Source of the DNA: an uncultured Gammaproteobacteria bacterium
GTDB lineage: Bacteria; Patescibacteriota; Patescibacteriia; UBA9934; CAMTUG01
Direction of reading: 5' to 3'
Length of the DNA: 64,000 bases
NCBI GenBank assembly: GCA_964588955.1
Contig: CAZPQJ010000001.1
Location: 93,572 to 157,571 of the forward strand
Both the position numbers and the translations under genes were made by a program. This document shows positions 18,496 to 26,751 of the stretch, in pieces. Numbering within the stretch: the stretch's first letter is position 1; every line of letters starts with the position of its first letter. Under the pieces are notes generated by a model. That model searched no databases. It saw nothing but the letters and a program-made list of their open reading frames with translations, and was not told the DNA's origin.

Positions 18496-19853
18496 TAGGC
18501 GAAACGACGTTCGGCTTTGGCGTGCATCACCATGGGGGAGCCGTCGAAGCCGTATTCCTCGCGGAGGCGATTTTCAATAAAGCGTAAGTAGGATGGGTGG
18601 ACGCTGTCGGCGCGTTGGCCTTTAACGGTGAGGCTGAAGGTCGGCGGGGCGACACCGGTTTGGCGGAAGCGCAAAATGACCGGATGTTTGACGCCTTTGC
18701 CGCGACTTGGCTGGTGCTGTTTCATGATTTTTTTCATGAACAACCAGATTTCTTTTTCATCGATTTGTTTGTAGCGTTCGTTGTGTACGTGGCTGGCTGT
18801 TTCTAAAACTTTTTCCACTTTGGCACCACTTAATGCTGAAGTGAAGATAACCGGAGCCCAAGGAATGAAGGGAAGCTCTTCGGCCAAGTAGGCGAGGTAT
18901 TCGTTTTGGGTGGCGGGTGTTTTAAATTTGGTTAAGTCCCACTTGTTGGCAACGATGACAATACCCACGTTGCTTTCGACGATTTTTTCAATCAGCTTTT
19001 TTTCCTGCACGCCAATGTCGGCGTTCACGTCGATCACGAGCAGAGCGACATCGGTTTGAGGGAGCATGCCGAGGGTTTTCATGACCCCGGCAAATTCCAT
19101 GCCGCCACGTTTGCGCACCCCCGCTAGTTTGCGAATGCCGGCGGTGTCGATCAAAATGTAAGATTTGCCATCAACTTCCACCCGGGTGTCGTTCGGCTCG
19201 CGCGTAGTGTGAGCGACGGGGGAGGTAATGAAACGTTTGTGTCCGACAATCGCGTTGAGAAGCGTCGACTTTCCCACGTTTGGTGTTCCTACCACAATCA
19301 AACGGGTGGGAACGACTTCACTCACTTCTACCGGCGGCCGACCGATCTCGATCAACTTCTTCCACACAACATCAAGTAAGTCTCCTGTACCCATGCCTTG
19401 ATGAGCGGCAATGGCCATAGGCATGCCGAGTCCCAACGCTTTCCACTCATCGGATTCGGCTTTACGGCGGAGGCTCGGGGTGTCGGCTTTGTTGGCCAAG
19501 AGAAAGATCGGTTTTTTACTGCTGCGAAGTGTTTTGGCAAGGGCGCGATCATCTGGTTGCGGACCGGTTTTGACGTCCACCAAAAAGAGAATGACGTCGG
19601 CGTCGGCCACGGCGATTTTGACTTGTTCGCGAATGTCGCGGTCGAAGGGGTCGTTGCCTTTAAGATCGATGCCGCCCGTGTCTATAATGCGAGCAATGTT
19701 ACCTTGCCAAAAACAATCGGACTCGCTGCGGTCGCGAGTGGTGCCGGGAATGGGGGAGGTGAGTGCTTTGTTGGCTTCACTCAAACGGTTAAATAACGTG
19801 GATTTTCCCACGTTGGTGCGTCCGACGATGGCGATAATAGGAATACGGCTCAT
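18495..19853 (-). CDS. der: Ribosome-biogenesis GTPase Der (EngA), tandem GTPase domains plus KH-like domain
   Basis: Two G1 motifs (GRTNVGKST and GTPNVGKSTL), DTGG/DTAG G3 motifs and NKAD/NKWD G4 motifs. Confidence 0.95.
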   Translation of the reverse strand: MSRIPIIAIVGRTNVGKSTLFNRLSEANKALTSPIPGTTRDRSESDCFWQGNIARIIDTGGIDLKGNDPFDRDIREQVKIAVADADVILFLVDVKTGPQPDDRALAKTLRSSKKPIFLLANKADTPSLRRKAESDEWKALGLGMPMAIAAHQGMGTGDLLDVVWKKLIEIGRPPVEVSEVVPTRLIVVGTPNVGKSTLLNAIVGHKRFITSPVAHTTREPNDTRVEVDGKSYILIDTAGIRKLAGVRKRGGMEFAGVMKTLGMLPQTDVALLVIDVNADIGVQEKKLIEKIVESNVGIVIVANKWDLTKFKTPATQNEYLAYLAEELPFIPWAPVIFTSALSGAKVEKVLETASHVHNERYKQIDEKEIWLFMKKIMKQHQPSRGKGVKHPVILRFRQTGVAPPTFSLTVKGQRADSVHPSYLRFIENRLREEYGFDGSPMVMHAKAERRFA

Positions 19854-19863
19854 ACAGATAGGG

Positions 19864-21447
19864 CTAGCGCATGACTAAACTGGCGGTGTTGCTACCGAGG
19901 ACAACCAAAAAGTCGACGTCGTCTTCGCTCACGCTGTCGGAGCTGACGGAAAGATCTGTGGGAATAATTTGGTTGGTATAAATCCATCCAGCAGCAGACA
20001 TAGACACATCGGCGGAAAGGAGATTGGCAAGAGCGGACAGTTGTTCGGGTTTGCGGCCGTTGGTGAGATCGTAAATAACCGTGTGGTCGTAGTCGCGCGA
20101 GGGGGCGTTGCTTACCCCGCTAACGCTGAACCCTTGCTTGGTGAGTAGTTGTGAGGTTTCAAAGGCCAAGCCGGCGATTTCGGTACCGTTTTGTACTTCC
20201 ACGTTTACAAATCGCGGGGCGCCATCGGTCGGTTCGTTGGTGGCGATGTTGCTTTCGTCCGTGTTGAAGATGTTGGCAGCCAAGCGAGCCACGGCACTCC
20301 AGTCATTATTTTGTGGAAGGAGAACGTAAGCGCCGTTTAAGTTTGTTGCGTAGAGCGGCCCGCTTTCGTCAAGGACGCGGTGCGTGATGGCTTCGTCCTT
20401 GAGTGAGGGAACGAAGGTAGCTAAGCGCAAAATTTCCCAACCGCTTAAATTGGTTTGCACGTGCGAGCTAATCGTTCCGAGTAAACTCGTGATGCGTGAA
20501 GGGTTGAAGAGAGTGGAACCAGAAAGGAGTTTGTCTTTTACGGCCTTCAACACTTTTTGTTGACGGGCGGCACGGGCGAAGTCGTTGCCTTCGCCGTTGG
20601 AGCCTTTGCGCGAACGGACGTACTTGAGAGCGGTGGATCCATCCATTTGCGTCCAGCCTTCTTGGAAACTGAGAATTTCGTAGCGACAGGCATAGGTCGG
20701 TACCTCGATAATAGTTCCGTCCTCGGCTGTTTGTTCGATGGTGGTGCCGCAGTCCGCGTCTTCCTTTCCTAAAATAGGATACTCGCTGTCGGTAAACGCA
20801 CGATCAACATAAATATTTACGCCGCCTAGTTTGTCGATGAACTGTTCAAAGCCGGTGAAATCCACTTTCACATAATAATCAATCGGCTGGTTTAAAATGC
20901 CGCCGATGACTTCGCTTGAGAGTTCTGGGCCATAGCCGTCTTTTTCTGCTTCGCCATAGGCATTGACACTGTTGACTTTGCGCCAGCTGTCGTATCCGGG
21001 AATCGGCACCAAGGTGTCGCGGGGAATAGAGAGCATGCCGACCTGTTTGGTGGAGGGGCGGAAACTCGAGAAGATGAGGGTGTCCGCGAGTTCGGCGCCT
21101 TCGTGTCCAGCTCCGCCAACCCCTAAGAACAAAAAGTTGACGCGGTCATCGGCTTCGCCTTTCAATAGGCGATCACCCGAGCCAACCAACCGAGCAATAG
21201 AAGATAAGAAACCGACCGTCCCGCCCTCATTGGTGCTGCTGCCCCAGGAGAAGGCCAAGCCAGCAATCGAGGTGACGAGAACTAGCACCAAGAAGACACG
21301 GGTAAACAAAAGAACGCCACGGTCTTTTGGAGTTCCGAGGTCGTATTTAGCCCGAAGCAAGTCGATTTTGATGCGATCCATAATCGAAGGCATTATAAAG
21401 GGAAAAGCGCTTGTCGTCCAGTAAAACAGTCGAGGTCTTTTAAGCAA
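19864..21447 (-). CDS. LytR-CpsA-Psr (LCP) family cell-envelope phosphotransferase with extended C-terminal domain
   Basis: N-terminal TM and the LCP core NFLFLGVGGAGHEGAELADTLIFSSFRPSTKQVGMLSIPRDTLVPIPGY. Confidence 0.85.
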   Translation of the reverse strand: MLKRPRLFYWTTSAFPFIMPSIMDRIKIDLLRAKYDLGTPKDRGVLLFTRVFLVLVLVTSIAGLAFSWGSSTNEGGTVGFLSSIARLVGSGDRLLKGEADDRVNFLFLGVGGAGHEGAELADTLIFSSFRPSTKQVGMLSIPRDTLVPIPGYDSWRKVNSVNAYGEAEKDGYGPELSSEVIGGILNQPIDYYVKVDFTGFEQFIDKLGGVNIYVDRAFTDSEYPILGKEDADCGTTIEQTAEDGTIIEVPTYACRYEILSFQEGWTQMDGSTALKYVRSRKGSNGEGNDFARAARQQKVLKAVKDKLLSGSTLFNPSRITSLLGTISSHVQTNLSGWEILRLATFVPSLKDEAITHRVLDESGPLYATNLNGAYVLLPQNNDWSAVARLAANIFNTDESNIATNEPTDGAPRFVNVEVQNGTEIAGLAFETSQLLTKQGFSVSGVSNAPSRDYDHTVIYDLTNGRKPEQLSALANLLSADVSMSAAGWIYTNQIIPTDLSVSSDSVSEDDVDFLVVLGSNTASLVMR

Positions 21448-21514
21448 GCGTGACGGGCTCGGTTCTCTTATTGGAACGGAGGGGTCGGGATCCTGTTAAG
21501 AGAAAAGTTGGGTT

Positions 21515-21550
21515 GGTCAGATTGTATAGGCGGGGCCACTGTGCCCCGCC
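21515..21550 (+). repeat. 36-nt repeated element, copy B (GGTCAGATTGTATAGGCGGGGCCACTGTGCCCCGCC)
   Basis: 33 of 36 nt are identical to copy A at 7990. It lies upstream of the minus-strand LCP gene and is not positioned as a terminator for any annotated plus-strand gene. Confidence 0.6.
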
Positions 21551-21860
21551 GTGTTTCTAAATCGGTATCGTACAGATATGCTAGAGATATCATCCTGGAG
21601 TCTTTCACGATATACCTAGCCAAAGTAGGTTAGAAGCACACCCTCTCCAGAACCTCGTTTTTCAAACAGGTGCATGTTGGTAGGTGGTTTGTATAGACAA
21701 AAGCTATACAAACCATACCTAATCCGAACCTATGCATAAAACAACTCAACCGGAAGTCATACATCCAGTCGTGATAGATAATCACAATAGCTATTTCCTT
21801 TCCTTCATTTCTCCTACTTTCTCCACCTTTCTCTTTAAAAGGCTTCAGATTCGTCTCGCG

Positions 21861-21890
21861 AGAAAACAAAAACCCTTTCCGAAGAAAGAG
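21861..21890 (-). terminator. Rho-independent terminator downstream of tRNA-Val on the minus strand
   Basis: On the minus strand: stem CTCTTTC/GAAAGGG with a UUCG tetraloop, followed by TTTTTGTTTTCT. Confidence 0.6.
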
Positions 21891-21896
21891 TCTTTG

Positions 21897-21973
21897 TGGT
21901 GGGCGTTGGTGGATTTGAACCACCGACCTTTGCAATGTGAATGCAACGCTCTAACCAACTGAGCTAAACGCCC
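21897..21973 (-). tRNA. tRNA-Val (CAC), 77 nt, CCA encoded
   Basis: Reverse complement: acceptor GGGCGTT/AACGCCC, anticodon loop TTCACAT giving anticodon CAC, T-arm GGTGGTTCAAATCCACC, discriminator A and CCA. Confidence 0.85.
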
Positions 21974-22062
21974 GAGCGGGGAAAAAATACCGTATTGTCA
22001 GCGGTTTGGCAAGAGGCCTGGCGATTCACCATTTTCTGCGGGGCGTGTATCATAGGCATATT

Positions 22063-23388
22063 ATGCAAGTTATCAAATTGGCCGTTCAAGGATTAGATCG
22101 TGCGCGTCGCGTCGCGGAGGCGCGCCAGCAGCTGATTGGCCAACGGGGAATTGTTCGTGTTGATGTCAATACGGAAAAACAATTGATGCGCGTGGTGAGT
22201 ACGGAAGCAATTGATGAAGCAACGGTACGTGATTTGCTGAACGTGCAATCTGCCGCTGGCGTTTGCTCTGTGCCACTCGCCAAGCCCACGGTCGTGCAAC
22301 TGATCGGGATTTTTGCCGTGGTGCTCGGTGTCGGTTTTGTGTTTTCCAAACTTGGCTGGTTGCGTCCCGAGGTTGCGGTTGCTGGCGGGCTGGGATTTGG
22401 CGCGGTGTTTGTGATGGGACTCATCGCCGCCTCGTCGTCGTGCCTCGCACTGGCTGGAGGACTGATGCTTTCTCTTGTAACGTCGTATCGCCGACGCGGA
22501 CCCGTGGTGCAGTTTGTTCTCGGACGACTCGCGTCGTATGGTTTGCTTGGGGGAGTGATTGGGTTGATTGGAAAGACGTTTGTTCCGTCGCCAGCTGTCC
22601 TTGGGGGGATCACCATCGCGGCAGCTCTTTATATGATAGTGACGGGCTTGGGTATGTTGGAGATCGCCCCATCTTGGTTAAAACGCATCACGCCGACGGT
22701 TCCGCGCTCACTGACAAGCAGGATTTTATCAGCGGAGGGAAAGACCGGATGGATCATGCCGTTTGCTTTGGGGGCGGCAACCTTTTTTCTTCCGTGTGGA
22801 TTTACTCAGGCTTTACAAGTCTACGCGTTGACCACGGGTTCCTTTGCGGTCAGTGCCATGCTGTTGTTTGGCTTCGCTCTTGGGACAACACCGGGATTAC
22901 TTTTGTTAGGTTTCGCTTCCAGTTCGTTAAAGGGGAGAACGGCTCAGCATTTTTATCGTTTTGCTGGAGCGTTGATCGTGGTGCTCGGTGTCACGAGCGT
23001 GGTCAACGGCTTTACGATTCTTGGAGTCAATGTGCCGCGTATTTCTTTTGTGGAATCCGACACGGCGTATCGTGGCAGTCGTGTGGCCGATCCGAACGTC
23101 ATCGATAAAGGAAGTGTGCAATTCATCTCCCTTGCTTTGATCGATTCGGCTCCCTACTATGCTCCAAGCGATGAATATACGGTGAAAGCAGGGGAGCTGG
23201 TACGCATGCAAATTACCGGTGACGCTGGTGGGTGTCGGAGTATCTTTCAAATTCCTGGTGCGGGGGTAAGTGTGCCGCTCACGAAGGCGGTCAACACGGT
23301 TGAGTTCACTCCAACTTCTCCGGGAGATTTTGTCTTTAGTTGTTCCATGGGTATGTATCGCGGTACCCTGCATGTTGTCGCATCATAA
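22063..23388 (+). CDS. Fusion membrane protein: HMA-like N-terminal domain, DsbD_2/TauE-like TM core with conserved TM cysteines, and C-terminal cupredoxin-like domain
   Basis: MQVIKLAVQGL..VRVDVNTEKQLMRVV is a ferredoxin-like HMA fold without CxxC. About six TM helices carry Cys in TM1 (ASSSCLALAGG) and TM4 (FFLPCGFTQAL). The C-terminus YTVKAGELVRMQITGD..FVFSCSMGMYRGTLHVV resembles a Cupredoxin_1 (EfeO-type) fold with degenerate ligands. Start set at the ATG at 22063. Confidence 0.55.
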   Translation: MQVIKLAVQGLDRARRVAEARQQLIGQRGIVRVDVNTEKQLMRVVSTEAIDEATVRDLLNVQSAAGVCSVPLAKPTVVQLIGIFAVVLGVGFVFSKLGWLRPEVAVAGGLGFGAVFVMGLIAASSSCLALAGGLMLSLVTSYRRRGPVVQFVLGRLASYGLLGGVIGLIGKTFVPSPAVLGGITIAAALYMIVTGLGMLEIAPSWLKRITPTVPRSLTSRILSAEGKTGWIMPFALGAATFFLPCGFTQALQVYALTTGSFAVSAMLLFGFALGTTPGLLLLGFASSSLKGRTAQHFYRFAGALIVVLGVTSVVNGFTILGVNVPRISFVESDTAYRGSRVADPNVIDKGSVQFISLALIDSAPYYAPSDEYTVKAGELVRMQITGDAGGCRSIFQIPGAGVSVPLTKAVNTVEFTPTSPGDFVFSCSMGMYRGTLHVVAS

Positions 23389-23396
23389 ATATCTTT

Positions 23397-23621
23397 ATGC
23401 AAGAAGACGTTCCCTTCGATCCAGATTTTGACGCGGTGCCGCAAACAGACGCGTCCGTTCGTTCCGAGGCTCCTCTTTCCTCCGTCGTTGATATGCTTGG
23501 TCCCCGCCGTGCCTTTTTTGCTGGCTTCATTCTGTCGTGTCTGGTGCTCATGAGTATCGGTTTCGCCGCATTCCTTTCCACTTTGCTCTCGCTCGGTTCC
23601 GTTACTATTCCTGGCGGCTAG
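23397..23621 (+). CDS. Small hydrophobic protein (74 aa), in frame with and directly upstream of lepB
   Basis: One predicted TM helix (FFAGFILSCLVLMSIGFAAFLSTLL). Only a TAG separates it from the lepB reading frame, which begins at a TTG. Confidence 0.3.
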   Translation: MQEDVPFDPDFDAVPQTDASVRSEAPLSSVVDMLGPRRAFFAGFILSCLVLMSIGFAAFLSTLLSLGSVTIPGG

Positions 23622-23630
23622 ACACACGTC

Positions 23631-24290
23631 TTGATCGGTGCTATCCTGACGTCATTATTCTCTCTTTTTTTCTTCATGTTTTTTCGCCGTCGCGAGCCGT
23701 CACTTAACACTTTTTGGCACCGCACCTTTGGCCCAACGGTCGGTGCTGTTGCCGTTTTCTTGCTGGAGATTATTCAAATCATGGCGATCGCTGCGGCGAT
23801 CATTATCCCGATTCGTTATTTTTTGATCCAGCCGTTTTACGTGAAGGGGGCATCCATGGAACCAGAGTTTTACGACCATGAATATTTAATCATCGATGAA
23901 CTTTCCTATCGCTTAAACGATCCTACGCGCGGGGACATTATTGTCTTTCGTTACCCTCGCAACCCGAGCGAGTTCTTTATTAAGCGTGTGATTGGGTTGC
24001 CTGGGGAAACGGTTCAGGTTGATGATGGTCGCATTACCATTGTGAACACCGAGCACCCGGAAGGGGTGCAACTTGACGAATCGTATTTAGACGTGCAATT
24101 TAGCGCCGGACACAAAGAGATTCAGCTTGGCAGCGATGAATACTTTGTGATGGGAGACAATCGCGATGCGAGTCTCGATTCCCGTAGTTTTGGAGCCGTA
24201 AAACGCGACCTGATTGTGGGGAAGGTATGGCTACGCGGTTTGCCGCTAAATAAAGTGACTATTTTTCATGCCCCGGGCTATAATCTCTAA
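23631..24290 (+). CDS. lepB: Signal peptidase I
   Basis: Catalytic Ser box GASMEPEF, Lys box and GDNRDASLDSR. Annotated with a TTG start; an alternative ATG lies at 23676. Confidence 0.85.
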   Translation: MIGAILTSLFSLFFFMFFRRREPSLNTFWHRTFGPTVGAVAVFLLEIIQIMAIAAAIIIPIRYFLIQPFYVKGASMEPEFYDHEYLIIDELSYRLNDPTRGDIIVFRYPRNPSEFFIKRVIGLPGETVQVDDGRITIVNTEHPEGVQLDESYLDVQFSAGHKEIQLGSDEYFVMGDNRDASLDSRSFGAVKRDLIVGKVWLRGLPLNKVTIFHAPGYNL

Positions 24291-24296
24291 CGCTGT

Positions 24297-25679
24297 ATGC
24301 CAAAGAAACCATTGACGGAACAAAAGGAGAAGGAGAAAGACGAGGAGCCAAAAGAGTTACGAGAGGCCAAGGTGGATGCCGGATCCGTTCCTGTAAAAAA
24401 AGGAAAGACCCCTCAGCTTTTGCGAGGTTTCCGTGATATCTTGCCGGAAGACCAGCCGTACTGGGACGCCGTGCATAAGACCGGACAAGCCTTGGCTGAA
24501 GCCTATGGCTATGATCGTATTGAATTACCATTGGTAGAGTCTTCTGATTTATTTGCTCGTTCGGTCGGTAAGCAAACGGACATTGTAGAAAAGGAGATGT
24601 TTCAGTTCCCGGATTCTTCAGGGGTCAATATCGTTTTGCGACCGGAAGCCACGGCTTCTTGCGCTCGTGCCTACATTGAACACGGCATGGTCGATCGTCC
24701 GCAACCAGTGAAAATGTATTATGAGGGTCCAATGTTCCGTTACGAACGTCCACAGGCTGGACGCTATCGCCAGTTTTTTCAAATTGGCTTTGAGTCGTTT
24801 GGTTCGGCCGATCCGGTAGTGGATGCGGAAATGATTATTTTGGGAAACGTGTTGTATACCGAGCTCGGCATCCCCGTGGTTGCTCACGTTAACTCCCTTG
24901 GTACTCCGGAAAGTCGCACGCAGTACAAGGTGGAATTGGTTGCGCACTATCGCAAGCACAAAAACGAAACCTGTGAAGATTGTAAGCGCCGCATTTTGAA
25001 GAACCCGCTGCGCGTTCTTGATTGTAAGGAAGAAGGATGCCAGCCGATTAAAGAAAGCGCTCCGCAGATTCTTGATTTCTTAGATGAAGCGTCCAAAGAG
25101 CACTTCATGAAAGTGTTGGAGTATTTAGATGAAATGGGTGTGCCGTATGTGTTGACGCCTCACTTGGTACGCGGTCTCGACTATTACGCTCATACGGTGT
25201 TTGAGTTCTATCAAGCGGATCAAGAAGAAGGACGCCGCCAAAGCGCCCTCGGTGGCGGTGGTCGTTACGATGGGTTGTGTGAAGTGCTTGGTGGACGCCC
25301 GACGCCAGCGTGCGGATTTGCTCCCGGCGTTGACCGTATGATGTCTGCCATGAAAGAAAAAGGATTGCCGGGCATGGTGCGTCAACCAGCCGTCTTTTTG
25401 GCGCCGCTTGGAGACGCCGCACGTAAGAAAGCATTTCCTTTGTTCGAGCGCATGCGCAAAGCAGGGGTGAGTGCCACGCAGTCATTTGGTAAGTCTGCCC
25501 TCAAGGCACAGCTGGAAGCGGCCGATAAAGCCAAAGTGCGCTACACCTTAATCCTTGGACAAAAAGAAGTTCTTGATGGGACAATCATCATTCGCGACAT
25601 GGAATCTGGCGCCCAAGAAACGGTAGACAACGCCAAGGTGGTTACCATTTTGCAAAAGAAATTAGAAAAAGCGATGTAG
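24297..25679 (+). CDS. hisS: Histidyl-tRNA synthetase with a ~40-aa Lys/Glu-rich N-terminal extension
   Basis: Class II motifs LRGFRDILPED, MFRYERPQAGRYRQFFQ, and GGGGRYDGL..GFAPGVDR. Confidence 0.9.
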   Translation: MPKKPLTEQKEKEKDEEPKELREAKVDAGSVPVKKGKTPQLLRGFRDILPEDQPYWDAVHKTGQALAEAYGYDRIELPLVESSDLFARSVGKQTDIVEKEMFQFPDSSGVNIVLRPEATASCARAYIEHGMVDRPQPVKMYYEGPMFRYERPQAGRYRQFFQIGFESFGSADPVVDAEMIILGNVLYTELGIPVVAHVNSLGTPESRTQYKVELVAHYRKHKNETCEDCKRRILKNPLRVLDCKEEGCQPIKESAPQILDFLDEASKEHFMKVLEYLDEMGVPYVLTPHLVRGLDYYAHTVFEFYQADQEEGRRQSALGGGGRYDGLCEVLGGRPTPACGFAPGVDRMMSAMKEKGLPGMVRQPAVFLAPLGDAARKKAFPLFERMRKAGVSATQSFGKSALKAQLEAADKAKVRYTLILGQKEVLDGTIIIRDMESGAQETVDNAKVVTILQKKLEKAM

Positions 25680-25685
25680 GAAACA

Positions 25686-25876
25686 CCAACAGGCTGAGGC
25701 TCGCTGACCCCCTCTTTTCGTACTCGGCACTTATTAGCTAGAAGCCTGCGTGCGAAAAGAGAACTCGTCAGCTCGCTGTAGCCTGTTGGCTCCCCGAAGC
25801 GGATGGGGCTTCTGAGCTCGAACCGTTGGTCGGCTGTTCTGCTCTGCGAAGCAACGTCTGCCCCATCCGCTTGGAA
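25686..25876. ncRNA. Candidate structured RNA or element: two adjacent long GC-rich hairpins between hisS and the rpsU promoter
   Basis: Hairpin 1 (25686-25789) has arms CCAACAGGCTGAGGCTCGCTGAC / GTCAGCTCGCTGTAGCCTGTTGG plus inner CTCTTTTCG/CGAAAAGAG. Hairpin 2 (25792-25876) is a 13-bp stem AAGCGGATGGGGC / GCCCCATCCGCTT. About 60% GC, with no credible ORF. Strand and function unknown. Confidence 0.3.
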
Positions 25877-25887
25877 AGCCTCTCTGC

Positions 25888-25917
25888 TTGACTGTTTTGC
25901 TGACGTTATGATAGTCT
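25888..25917 (+). promoter_or_regulatory. Possible sigma70-type promoter for rpsU (TTGACT-N18-TAGTCT with upstream TG)
   Basis: Identified by eye only; it sits about 35 nt upstream of the rpsU GTG start. Confidence 0.25.
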
Positions 25918-25950
25918 TCCGACACCTAGAAATGAGATGTATAAACACCT

Positions 25951-26193
25951 GTGGTAGAAATTAAACGCAAAAAAGGGGAAAGCTTCGAAGCCTTGCTTCG
26001 CCGTTTTACCCAACGTACCCAGTCGAGCGGCGTCATTTTGGAAGTGCGCAAACGCAAGCACTACATGAAGAAGCCGACCAAAGCGAAGCTCAAGGATTCA
26101 GCCCTTAGCCGTATCGCCAGCAAAGCCAAACGTGATTACTTGGAAAAGATCGGCATGCTGCCGGAAGAAAAGAAAAAGTTCGGTCGACGTTAG
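25951..26193 (+). CDS. rpsU: 30S ribosomal protein bS21
   Basis: VEIKRKKGESFEALLRRFTQRTQSSGVILEVRKRKHYMKKPTKAKL is classic bS21; GTG start. Confidence 0.9.
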   Translation: MVEIKRKKGESFEALLRRFTQRTQSSGVILEVRKRKHYMKKPTKAKLKDSALSRIASKAKRDYLEKIGMLPEEKKKFGRR

Positions 26194-26207
26194 ATCCGCA
26201 AAGAAAA

Positions 26208-26239
26208 CAAACCCGCCAGCACGGCGGGTTTTGTCTTTC
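26208..26239 (+). terminator. Rho-independent terminator after rpsU
   Basis: Stem ACCCGCC/GGCGGGT, loop AGCAC, then TTTTGTCTTT. Confidence 0.7.
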
Positions 26240-26277
26240 CAGATGTGTTATACTGTGGAAAAATTATCCCCATACGT

Positions 26278-26724
26278 ATGAGTTTGTTGGAACAAATTAG
26301 CGACGACATGAAGACCGCGATGAAGGAGAAGTCTGAGCAAGCGTTGTCCACCTTACGGATGCTTAAGTCGGCACTGAAGAATAAGCAGATTGAATTGATT
26401 CGCGAGCTGAATGAAGAAGAAATTTTGGCGGTCATTCAAACTCAGGTGAAGCAGTTGAACGAGTCGCTCGACGGCGCCATCAAGGCTGGCCGCACGGAAT
26501 TGGAAGAAAAAGCCAAAGCGGAGCTCGCGGTGCTGAAGTCCTACTTGCCAGCGGAACTTTCCGACGAGGAGCTCACCGCGGCTGTGCGCGAAGTGATGAA
26601 GGACGCTGGTGACTTAGCTCAAGACGTCGGCAAGCTCATGGGGCTCGTGATGGCCAAAGTGAAAGGGCGTGCTAACGGACAGAAAGTGCGAGAGATCGTG
26701 GAAAAAATTCGTGAAGAGGTGTAA
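26278..26724 (+). CDS. yqeY: GatB/YqeY domain-containing protein
   Basis: LLEQISDDMKTAMKEKSEQALSTLRMLKSALKN..SYLPAELSDEELTAAVREVM matches the YqeY family; rpsU-yqeY synteny is conserved as in Bacillus. Confidence 0.8.
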   Translation: MSLLEQISDDMKTAMKEKSEQALSTLRMLKSALKNKQIELIRELNEEEILAVIQTQVKQLNESLDGAIKAGRTELEEKAKAELAVLKSYLPAELSDEELTAAVREVMKDAGDLAQDVGKLMGLVMAKVKGRANGQKVREIVEKIREEV

Positions 26725-26751
26725 ACTATTCTTGTACCTGACGCTTGTTAC

